This document shows, piece by piece, positions 56,299 to 64,000 of a DNA stretch of 64,000 nucleotides. Origin of the DNA: a virus. The notes under the pieces were generated by a model. That model had not been told where the DNA came from. It made no database searches and worked only from the letters and a program-made list of their open reading frames with translations. Positions within the stretch are counted from its first letter, which is position 1; each line of letters opens with the position of its first letter. The stretch lies in IMG/VR virus record IMGVR_UViG_3300037140_000174, positions 29,070 through 93,069 of that record; one strand, 5' to 3'. A program made the position numbers and the translations under genes.

Positions 56299-56808
56299 TT
56301 ACGCGGTAGCTTGAGCGGGTTCACCTTGCGCAGGCTCATTGACCGGCGCGGGCGGGTTGACCGTAGCAGGCACCGCCTTGGGCTTGCGCGCCTTACCCGT
56401 AGCCTTTTTGACTTTGGGCTTGGCCGGCAAGTCACCCGTTAAAGCGGCGTTGGCGGCCGCCTCACTGGTGCGCTTGACGCGCTCTTCACCTTTGGGTGTC
56501 AAGGTCACCTTGTAAACCGTGTGACCTTGCTCATTGGGGGCTACCATGGCGCGCTTGAAGTCACCTGCCGCAATCAAGCCACGCATGCGGTTGAGTTGAG
56601 GCGCGCCGGTAGCCATCACAATTTGAGCACCGGTTACCCCGTCAACTCGCAAAGCCATGGCATTGGCCAAAGCCTGCTTACCGGGGCGCAAGCCCAACGC
56701 ATGAACGGTTGAAAGCAATTCAGCGGTTGGCTTAGGGCCAAGCTGCTTATCATGCCAGCCCTTGAGCAAGGTTGCGTAGGGCTTCAAGTGGGTTTGAATG
56801 TCAGTCAT
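56299..56808 (-). CDS. DUF3489-like winged-helix early protein with basic Pro/Ala tail
   Basis: LGPKP...GKQALA.AMALR.DG.T.AQI. Confidence 0.7.
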   Translation of the reverse strand: MTDIQTHLKPYATLLKGWHDKQLGPKPTAELLSTVHALGLRPGKQALANAMALRVDGVTGAQIVMATGAPQLNRMRGLIAAGDFKRAMVAPNEQGHTVYKVTLTPKGEERVKRTSEAAANAALTGDLPAKPKVKKATGKARKPKAVPATVNPPAPVNEPAQGEPAQATA

Positions 56809-57004
56809 AGCACATTGCCTTTAAATGCGGTCACCGCTTGTGGCGGCGGGTGACCTGTTGGCCGCATTGCGTAGCACTAGCCCAATGAAGGGCTTTGGCT
56901 AGGGCGCAGCAAGGTTGCTAGGGCTTTTTGAGCCGCACCCTACGTTTGGGCTGTAGGGCCTTGCCGGTGAACCAAGTGGCCTATATGGCCGCTTCAACAC
57001 GCCT

Positions 57005-57033
57005 AACATGGCGCATATGTGCGCCACTGTCAA
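57005..57033 (-). promoter_or_regulatory. Early sigma70-type promoter
   Basis: TTGACA-N17-CATGTT with AT-rich upstream sequence. Confidence 0.7.
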
Positions 57034-57409
57034 TTGCTATACTCACAATTATTTATGCACTCGCAACTAGCCTGCCATGCACCCAAAGCATAGCTTAGGA
57101 GTTGACGCGAGGATACGAACCATTGCAGCCGAGGAACCATACGAACCTGTAGCCTAGGCTACACTTGAGAACCAATAGGAACCAAATGTTGTTGTAGGAT
57201 AAAGAACTAGACGATCAAACAAACAAGGATACACTTGTGCATCAGGCGGACGTTTGTTTGTTTGGAGCTGGACGAACCAGTGGTAGGTAGGTAGGAAGCA
57301 ACGATAAAACAAATAGATACCGACGATGAAAATGGTCCCCCTCCCCCTCCGAGCTCGTGCCTCGTGCGCGGTCGTTGCTGAGATAGAATTCGGAATTTAT
57401 AATTTTGAT

Positions 57410-57640
57410 TTACGTTTTGGTTGATTTTAACTGTGTTAAAAGGGTTCCTGTGAATGAGGGAACAATGGTCAGCTTCCAGCGTTTCCTAGCGGCATACTGC
57501 TCAAACCAGTCAATATGCTTCCCAATGGCCCACCTAAGAATTAGCGCAGCATCAATGATTTTGTAATTGACTAGGAATATTCCTGCACAGAAGTATCCTG
57601 AATCCACTTGAATAATGTCTTCATCATGGTTCTTCATCAA
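57410..57640 (-). CDS. Hypothetical protein
   Basis: YFCAG...AA.IL.W.IGK phage pattern. Confidence 0.55.
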   Translation of the reverse strand: MMKNHDEDIIQVDSGYFCAGIFLVNYKIIDAALILRWAIGKHIDWFEQYAARKRWKLTIVPSFTGTLLTQLKSTKT

Positions 57641-57990
57641 AATGGTATCCTAGCCTCATGACGCACATTGATTATCAAGTTGTAGCGAAGCGCGAACCAA
57701 TAGTTCGTGAATAGAAACTGTATGGCGAAACTTCGCTTGGTATCAATATTTAATGCATCTAAGGATAAGTCTTCCCAGCTCTTGACCGGCTTTAATTGAA
57801 GAACACTTGATAATATGTATCCTGGCTCCTTATAGTGCTTAAATATCTCAGTGTGATCATTGATCATGAACTTTGTTGGTTCGTCATAATATATCCCTGC
57901 TGCATATAGAAACACTTCTTCATGCTTCGCCTTATCTATCAGTTCTTGTAGTTCTTGTCTCGTAGCTATTGCTCCTGTCGGTCTTTTCAT
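57637..57990 (-). CDS. NYW-motif paralogue 5
   Basis: PTGAIATRQEL ... FLFTNYWFALRY. Confidence 0.7.
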   Translation of the reverse strand: MKRPTGAIATRQELQELIDKAKHEEVFLYAAGIYYDEPTKFMINDHTEIFKHYKEPGYILSSVLQLKPVKSWEDLSLDALNIDTKRSFAIQFLFTNYWFALRYNLIINVRHEARIPF

Positions 57991-58316
57991 TTTTGCTTCC
58001 TGCGTTCTGCGTAGGCCATTGCGAACCAATAGTTCGTGAAGATCCAACAACGCTTCTCATTTTGGTTCTTACCCATATTGATATCCTCGAAGTTAAGTGA
58101 AAATGTTCTGTATCCATAGTGCTTGGTTTTCAGGAGCAACTTCGTTATCCTGGGGCTACGCTCCCAAAGTTGAGCTTTGTTGACGAACTTGGTTTCTCTT
58201 GTAGTTCGCATCTTCATTATGGTATTTGAAGGAACCAATAGATAAAGAACCGTATCTGGGATACTTGCCAGTTCCTTAATTTCCTTGAAAGTTGTGATCA
58301 CTCCTACTGGTTTCAT
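57987..58316 (-). CDS. NYW-motif paralogue 6
   Basis: PVGVITTFKEI ... WIFTNYWFAMAY. Confidence 0.7.
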   Translation of the reverse strand: MKPVGVITTFKEIKELASIPDTVLYLLVPSNTIMKMRTTRETKFVNKAQLWERSPRITKLLLKTKHYGYRTFSLNFEDINMGKNQNEKRCWIFTNYWFAMAYAERRKQK

Positions 58317-58669
58317 GTCGGATACGTCAAGATAAGAGCTGCATAGTGCAGAAGCTGGTCGAAGCCGATCAATACAAAGAACCAATGCCTTTCATTGTTC
58401 TTGAAGAGCCATGCAGTCCCCCTGGAAGTGATCGCATCTGTCACGAAGTGAAGAGCTGCATTGATCGCTACCCATTTAAAGAACCATTGTGGTTCGCCAA
58501 TTATCTCAAGAAGCATTACAAGAACTAAAAGTGTGACTGAGTAGATAAGAACATGTTCTGAGAGCCAGATCCATGAACTGCTCTTGTTCTTGGCCATTTC
58601 ATCTGACTGTAGGAGAAAGTCTCCTACGAAGTGCGCTATCAAGATCAATAGTAGGATATGTATCTGCAT
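58313..58669 (-). CDS. DUF3307-like membrane protein
   Basis: HFVGDF.LQ...MA..K, HV.IY, HF.TD, DQ.LH. Confidence 0.8.
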   Translation of the reverse strand: MQIHILLLILIAHFVGDFLLQSDEMAKNKSSSWIWLSEHVLIYSVTLLVLVMLLEIIGEPQWFFKWVAINAALHFVTDAITSRGTAWLFKNNERHWFFVLIGFDQLLHYAALILTYPT

Positions 58670-58794
58670 CTTGAATCTTTCTTGGGGATAGGTTGGTGCT
58701 TTAGATTGCCCAGAATTTTTTTTAGAAATCATACGTCATATTAGCATTTTGGTTGCTGCGGCGTATAACTACTTCAGACAATCAAGGAGTGCTC

Positions 58795-59046
58795 ATGCCG
58801 AAGTTCAGAAAGAAGCCAGTAGTCATTGAAGCTGTGCAGTGGTTCAAGGAGGGCGATCATCCCAATGTCGTGTTAATGAAGAGCATGGGTGGTCAATCCT
58901 GGCTATCAGATAAGTGGGTTATTCAGACTTTGGAAGGATATCATGTGGTCACTCCTGGGGATTGGATAATCACTGGAGTCTTGAATGAACAATACCCTTG
59001 TAAGCCCGACATTTTCGAAAAGACTTATGAGCCGGTAAATGAATAA
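58795..59046 (+). CDS. Conserved phage protein (PGDYG-like)
   Basis: KFRKKPVVIEA, TLEG....PGDWII, YPCKPDIFEKTY. Confidence 0.8.
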   Translation: MPKFRKKPVVIEAVQWFKEGDHPNVVLMKSMGGQSWLSDKWVIQTLEGYHVVTPGDWIITGVLNEQYPCKPDIFEKTYEPVNE

Positions 59047-59233
59047 GAGGCCGATCCGGAACATTAGGATTCCAAAGAAATACTGGACCAAAGCAGAGTG
59101 TATTCCAAATGAGGGATACATAATTCCTAGGCTTAAGGAAAAGCAAAAAGATATACAAGCCATTGGCTTCCCACTTACGAAGCAAATCTATGATGAGGAG
59201 GAATTACCACTTATATTGACAGTTAAACGCTAA
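59039..59233 (+). CDS. Hypothetical protein
   Basis: Coupled ORF. Confidence 0.45.
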   Translation: MNKRPIRNIRIPKKYWTKAECIPNEGYIIPRLKEKQKDIQAIGFPLTKQIYDEEELPLILTVKR

Positions 59234-59286
59234 TACGTTAATCCTCACATCTGCTTAGTCTTTTGACTGTGAGGGGTACTGGCTCT

Positions 59287-59763
59287 TTGTCTTGGATAGT
59301 GGCCATGTGCAAAGCCAACCAAGAAAGCATTGCCGAATATAACCTTACTCGGCAGGGCTATGAGCATTACTGTCCCCGGTTCCAGCAAAAAGTTCCAAAT
59401 AAGCCTACCCTCATTAAGCCACTTTTTCCGCGATACATCTTTATCCTGATCGATAAGATGTGGCATTCCATCAGGGGAACACGCGGGATCAGTCATGTTT
59501 TGCTGAGTGATAATGGCCCACAATCAATTCCAACATCTATAATTAAAGAAATTCGTAGCCGAGAACAAAATGGGTTTATTAATTTGAGTGTCGAACCAAA
59601 ATTCAAGCCTGGGGAACAGGTCAAGACTGATGAAGGCCCGCTTGCTGGCCTTCTTTTGATCTATGAAGGAATGAGCTCCAATGATAGGGTAAAGGTGTTG
59701 GCCAGCATCCTTGGTCGCAAGGTTGTGGTCACCCTTCCTGAAAAATCTCTAGCTGCTGCTTAA
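59287..59763 (+). CDS. nusG: NusG/RfaH-like transcription antiterminator
   Basis: W......NQE..A..NL..QG, PLFPRYIF, I..TRG, KOW F..GE.V....GPL.G. Confidence 0.85.
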   Translation: MSWIVAMCKANQESIAEYNLTRQGYEHYCPRFQQKVPNKPTLIKPLFPRYIFILIDKMWHSIRGTRGISHVLLSDNGPQSIPTSIIKEIRSREQNGFINLSVEPKFKPGEQVKTDEGPLAGLLLIYEGMSSNDRVKVLASILGRKVVVTLPEKSLAAA

Positions 59764-59832
59764 AAGTGTGTGTACCAACCCAGCTTTTGGCGAGCAGTTT
59801 TCCCGCAATCGAGAAAACTGGACGGTGGTAAC

Positions 59833-60060
59833 GTGGTGATTTCAGGCACAGGAATAATCAAGTGGTTCGATTCAATTAAGGGATTTGGATTCATCACGCC
59901 CGCAATAGGCGGTCTTGATATTTTCATTCACGCAAGTGAATTGCGGAAGTCAGGGATAGATAAAGTGAATGAGGGGGATAAAGTTTCTTTTGAAGTTAAG
60001 AAAGGGCCTAAGGGATCAGCGGCAACTAACATCAGTTTGACTTCCACGCAAGATGTGTGA
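59833..60060 (+). CDS. cspA: Cold-shock domain protein
   Basis: KWF...KGFGFI, DIFIH.S, G.KG..A.N. Confidence 0.9.
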   Translation: MVISGTGIIKWFDSIKGFGFITPAIGGLDIFIHASELRKSGIDKVNEGDKVSFEVKKGPKGSAATNISLTSTQDV

Positions 60061-60268
60061 CATGAGTAATATTCCAATTCTGCCTGTTAGTGAAGTTATT
60101 GCTAAATGTGGAAAGTGTGAAGCCAGTTTTCATTTTGACGCTAGCCTTCTTTCTTGCCCGGTTTATCAGCCACATGATTGTCCTTTGCGTGGAGGAGAGT
60201 GGGTTGCTTTGAAAAAGAAACTCGTATCTGACTATTTGTTAACTCTTTCAAAAGCAGGGTTAAGCTGA
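60053..60268 (+). CDS. Small Cys-rich protein
   Basis: CGKC...C......CP. Confidence 0.5.
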   Translation: MCDMSNIPILPVSEVIAKCGKCEASFHFDASLLSCPVYQPHDCPLRGGEWVALKKKLVSDYLLTLSKAGLS

Positions 60269-60573
60269 TGCCTAAACTCTACATTACTGTATATTCTCGT
60301 TCTGCGCGGGATGCTTCAAATCTTATTGTGCCCGCACCACAAGTTCCTCCGATTGCTGAATATGCAGTTGAGATTGAATTGGGAAAATCTAATCAAAGTG
60401 AAGCTTTTGCACAAAACGCAACTTTTGTCATGGTTAAACCAGATATTGCATGTTGCCTTGGATTTGGTGAGAACCCAAAAGCAATCGATGGGGTACATTC
60501 TTTAGACGCTGGAGAAATTCGCTGGTATGGTGTGTACCCGAGGCACAAAATTGCCGTCATTGAAAACAGCTAA
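60268..60573 (+). CDS. Putative minor virion/decoration protein
   Basis: LYI..Y, S.AF, C...FG.NP.A beta-rich pattern. Confidence 0.5.
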   Translation: MPKLYITVYSRSARDASNLIVPAPQVPPIAEYAVEIELGKSNQSEAFAQNATFVMVKPDIACCLGFGENPKAIDGVHSLDAGEIRWYGVYPRHKIAVIENS

Positions 60574-60585
60574 GGAATTAATTTT

Positions 60586-61176
60586 ATGATGGGTTCACAG
60601 AGGGAGGCTGACGCTCTAACATCTTTGCTCGCATTAGCTGCTGATCCCGAAAAGGTAAAAGATCAGCTTGCTAAGTTGCAGGGCGCTATAGCAAGACATA
60701 AACAAGTCAAGGAAGAGGCAGCCAAGATAAAGGCCGAGGCCGAGGCTGCCATTATACGTTCTGAGAACCGCATCGTCGAAGTGAACAATTATGCTGCAAA
60801 TACTAGGAAAGAACTGGATGTTGAGTTGAATAAATTAAGTGCTGAACGTAGTAAGTTTGAGTCTGAAAAGGCTATTCAGGATGTAAATGTAAGGGCCACA
60901 TTGGATAAAGCGTCAGCTAATGCAGCCAATACTAAACAATTAGCAGATTCTGTAAAAGCGGCACAAGAAGCACACGATACTTCTGTAAAAGAACATTCTA
61001 ACTGGGTTGCTCAGGTAAAAGCCTCCTTCCTTGAAAAGGAAAAAGGATTGATGGCTCGAGAGCAACAGCTTTCTGAAAAGGAAATGTTCATCAAAGAACG
61101 TGAGGGTAAGGTTGCTGCTTCTGAGCATAGCTTGGCTCAGCGGATTCAAAAAATGCGTGATTTGGTAGAGGGTTAA
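60586..61176 (+). CDS. Coiled-coil protein
   Basis: Heptad-rich Glu/Lys/Ala. Confidence 0.6.
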   Translation: MMGSQREADALTSLLALAADPEKVKDQLAKLQGAIARHKQVKEEAAKIKAEAEAAIIRSENRIVEVNNYAANTRKELDVELNKLSAERSKFESEKAIQDVNVRATLDKASANAANTKQLADSVKAAQEAHDTSVKEHSNWVAQVKASFLEKEKGLMAREQQLSEKEMFIKEREGKVAASEHSLAQRIQKMRDLVEG

Positions 61177-61177
61177 A

Positions 61178-61543
61178 ATGTCGGCTCTCGGTACAGCCCT
61201 TGCTTTTGTTACTCATGCCTCAGCTAATTCTGTATTGATTGAGTCGGCCATTGATTTTGCTAATACTGGGGATAATATAATTGTTCCGGCAGTTAGTGGA
61301 CAAGGAATATACGTTTTCAAATATTTTTTGGTGGTAGGGGCGGCTGTAGATCTTACATTTTGGGATGGGCCATCGGTGTCAGGGAATAAATTGACTGGGG
61401 TTATTAGTTTGGCCACTAACGAAGCTATGGTGTTTACTTTCGATACTCGCCCCTGGTATTCAACTACGTTGGGAAATGCTTTTATAATTAATGCTAGCAA
61501 TTCTTCTCAAGTTAGTGGTAGAGCTTATTACCTTCAAGGATGA
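61178..61543 (+). CDS. Putative virion decoration protein
   Basis: Beta-rich, AV.G..IYV pattern. Confidence 0.5.
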   Translation: MSALGTALAFVTHASANSVLIESAIDFANTGDNIIVPAVSGQGIYVFKYFLVVGAAVDLTFWDGPSVSGNKLTGVISLATNEAMVFTFDTRPWYSTTLGNAFIINASNSSQVSGRAYYLQG

Positions 61544-61602
61544 TCTTTTAATTAGTGACGTGACATGACCATAGAACTCGTCCTGAAGAGGAGCGCGCCT
61601 GA

Positions 61603-62724
61603 ATGTCTGTGACCCCGAACCAGATAGTGATCTACGGATCAGCAAACATGCCGGAGGCTGATGGCGTGACCATCGGCGGCGCTGTGGACTTCACCAAGCG
61701 CGTGACATTCTACGACATCCCAGCTACGGGTGCGCTCGACGTCGTCTCGTCATCCGCCTCCGATACCGCCGTCAAGGTCCAGGTCACCGGCCGCGATTCC
61801 AGCGGCACGATCCAGACCCCGGCGGCGGTCACGCTCACCGGCACCACCCTCATCGCCAGCACGTTCGGCGGCCAGACATTCCAGCGCATCAACGCCGGCG
61901 TCATCACTGGCGGCGCCATCAACACCCTGACCAACCCCGGCGGCACCGCTGCGGTCGGCGACGTCGCCGTCATGGCGCACACGCGCGCGATCTCGGCCCA
62001 CACCGCTCAGGTCGGCTCGGCGAACACGTCCGGCATCACGCCCCCGATCTTCAAGCTGCAGGCCGGCGACGGCGCCACCATCGGGGCGCTCACCTACGCG
62101 GGCCTCGGGCTCATCATCAGGATCACCGGCGGCACCGGCGCCAGCCAGCTCCGCTACATCAGCGCCCAGTACGCGGCCGGCGCCTACGGCACCGACGTCG
62201 TGGCGGTCAACCGCGACTGGGGCGTGATCCCGGACGCGACCTCCACCTACGACATCGCCTACGGCATGCTCTTCGACATCCTGCCCAACGCGGTGCTCGC
62301 CATCACCCGCATCTTCGCGACCGCCACCGCCGACGTGCCCGGCGGCTCCTCGCGCACGTTCTACGAGAAGGCGTTCGTGGTGAACCAGAACGGCACCACG
62401 GCGCTCACGCCGGCCGCCATCCAGGTCCTGAGCGAGACGCCGTCGCTGCCGGCCGGCGCGCTGCTCGACCTCGCGCTGACCAAGGTCCTCAACGACACGG
62501 CGACCGACGCCAACCGGCAGACGCTGCCGACCAACGGCGACTCCTCGTCGCTGACCTTCGTCACGCAGCCGTCCGCGATCAGCGTCATCGCCTCGCCGGG
62601 CTCGCTGCCGGCGGGCGGCCTCGCGGCGGAGGCGCAGGGCGTCTGGTGGAGGCTCACGCTGCCGGCGGGCACCTCGGTCTATGACGGTGCCTCGCTCTTG
62701 AGGACTACTGGTTCGACCACGTAA
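61603..62724 (+). CDS. Putative virion structural protein (GC-rich gene)
   Basis: 373 aa Thr/Gly/Ala-rich; GGTG..Q.R.I...W...PD.TS.Y module; GVW.RL. Confidence 0.65.
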   Translation: MSVTPNQIVIYGSANMPEADGVTIGGAVDFTKRVTFYDIPATGALDVVSSSASDTAVKVQVTGRDSSGTIQTPAAVTLTGTTLIASTFGGQTFQRINAGVITGGAINTLTNPGGTAAVGDVAVMAHTRAISAHTAQVGSANTSGITPPIFKLQAGDGATIGALTYAGLGLIIRITGGTGASQLRYISAQYAAGAYGTDVVAVNRDWGVIPDATSTYDIAYGMLFDILPNAVLAITRIFATATADVPGGSSRTFYEKAFVVNQNGTTALTPAAIQVLSETPSLPAGALLDLALTKVLNDTATDANRQTLPTNGDSSSLTFVTQPSAISVIASPGSLPAGGLAAEAQGVWWRLTLPAGTSVYDGASLLRTTGSTT

Positions 62725-62747
62725 GCCTTCGGCTCGGCTCGACCGCA

Positions 62748-63821
62748 ATGGCTGTCTCCCACCACCACACGCTGACCCAGGCCGATTTTACCGGCACGGT
62801 GACGGTGCTCAACTCGGCCGGCGTCACCGCCACCGTCAACGGCAGCGACCTCTGGCACCCCTCCGACGCCAACAGCGTCCACGATGAGTTCTTCACGCTC
62901 GGCGGCAACACGCTGGTCAACTCGACGGCCTCCGGCGCCGGCATCAACTGGGCCGCGTCCGGCGGCATCTCGCTCGCCGGCTCGAGCAACACCATCGTCA
63001 TCAGCTCGCCGGTGGTCCCGGCCTTCGCCACCATCAACCAGTTCGAGCCGTACCAGCTCGCCGGCACGTCCGCCGCCTCGATCGGCCAGTCTTCGATATA
63101 CTTTGAGCACGTCGTCATCCCAGGGGCGATGTCGATCAACTGCCTGCAGCGGCTCGGCAGCGTCTCGGTGCCTAACTTCACGGGGTCCTCGAACCACGTC
63201 GGGGGGTGGACGAATCAGTGGGGGTACACCGAGACGGTTGGCGTCTACACGCGGCAGAACGGAGCCAGCAGCGGATCGTTCTCGCTGCTCACGTCCTCGA
63301 CCTGGTCGATGGGCATGTCGGCCACCGGAACGGTCAGCAGCGATGGCGCCACCACCGTCCGGTTCTCCCAGAGCATCCAGTTCGGCTTCCCGAGCGCCTT
63401 CAACACCGCCGGCGACTACACCAGCGGCACGTTCTCCTCGACCGGCAACACGTCGAGCGCTGCCACGTCGGTCACGATGGCGAACATCCTCTCCAACGTC
63501 ACCGGCCCGGTGATCATGCAGATACCGCTCGGGATGACGCTCTCGGCCGACGAGTACGTGTTCGCGTTCCTGGGCGCGAGCAACAACGCCTCGACCGGCA
63601 CCGCGACCACCGCGATGTCGATCTCGGAGTTCATCCTGAGCGGCTACACGTCCGGGCTCAAGAGCATGGGGCAGACCGCGACCGCGACCGGCGCAAGGCT
63701 GGTCATGGGCAACGGCGTCTACAGCGTGCAGAGCGGGGCGCTCCCAAACACCTTCGCCAGGGGCGACGTGAACAATAACTCCAACCTGACAAAATACTTC
63801 GTGATGGGATATGACATCTGA
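62748..63821 (+). CDS. Putative virion structural/decoration protein (GC-rich gene)
   Basis: 357 aa Ser/Thr/Gly-rich, few charged residues. Confidence 0.6.
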   Translation: MAVSHHHTLTQADFTGTVTVLNSAGVTATVNGSDLWHPSDANSVHDEFFTLGGNTLVNSTASGAGINWAASGGISLAGSSNTIVISSPVVPAFATINQFEPYQLAGTSAASIGQSSIYFEHVVIPGAMSINCLQRLGSVSVPNFTGSSNHVGGWTNQWGYTETVGVYTRQNGASSGSFSLLTSSTWSMGMSATGTVSSDGATTVRFSQSIQFGFPSAFNTAGDYTSGTFSSTGNTSSAATSVTMANILSNVTGPVIMQIPLGMTLSADEYVFAFLGASNNASTGTATTAMSISEFILSGYTSGLKSMGQTATATGARLVMGNGVYSVQSGALPNTFARGDVNNNSNLTKYFVMGYDI

Positions 63822-64000
63822 TGAAAAGAGCCGTCATCCACAATGAGGCTGTCCGGTTCTCTCAGAGCATGGCTGAGGTTCCATTGAGGGATTTCAATTC
63901 GCCCATCATGAGCACCGCTGCCGGCTTCCACAACGACACGCTCGATCTATCGACCGCCCGCATCATCGAGGGCGCGACCTGGACGCGTCAGCGCATCGTG
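63821..64000 (+). CDS. Partial ORF running off the window
   Basis: ATG overlaps previous stop; open to the window end. Confidence 0.45.
   Translation, partial: MKRAVIHNEAVRFSQSMAEVPLRDFNSPIMSTAAGFHNDTLDLSTARIIEGATWTRQRIV

Noticed and set aside
61750-63778. Long alternative-frame ORFs (61750..62748 -, 62884..63513 +, 63206..63778 +)
   Set aside because: Shadows of GC3-biased genes.

Overview
A 64 kb segment of a dsDNA tailed phage, probably a podovirus of Alphaproteobacteria (GcrA homologue, Caulobacter-style sigma70 promoters, a Rhizobiales-type secreted protein). No integrase, tRNA, rRNA or CRISPR array is visible. Layout: (+) 1-12.5 kb internal virion/ejection proteins, tail fibres and tailspike, GH25 endolysin and membrane genes, then gcrA. 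(-) 13-36.5 kb replication/recombination module: SbcCD, Holliday-junction resolvase, RecA, SSB, UvsY-like, DnaX-like clamp loader, UDG-fused family A polymerase, DnaA domain IV protein, beta clamp, DNA MTase, sigma-like factor, primase, Dcd, SNF2 helicase and an intein-containing DnaB-like helicase. (-) 37-58.7 kb early/accessory genes. (+) 58.8-64 kb NusG- and CspA-led late genes ending in a GC-rich module. Most notable observations: (1) twelve early genes share an identical leader AACAGGAGGAGAA, most behind a long RNase III-like hairpin, and the phage carries a cuckoo-like two-hairpin RNA (38386-38473) whose loop CUCCUCCUG is exactly complementary to that leader, a candidate sRNA shut-off regulon; (2) islands around early promoters almost completely lack [ACG]GA/TC[CGT] while flanking blocks are packed with it, suggesting sequence-specific DNA modification with unmodified promoter islands; (3) the polymerase and a tail-fibre gene appear to start at AUU; (4) a ~500 nt structured leader with a counter-transcribed ~80 nt RNA heads the replication operon; (5) a six-member unknown paralogue family with an F-x-NYW-x-A motif. 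All family assignments are by motif recognition, not database search.
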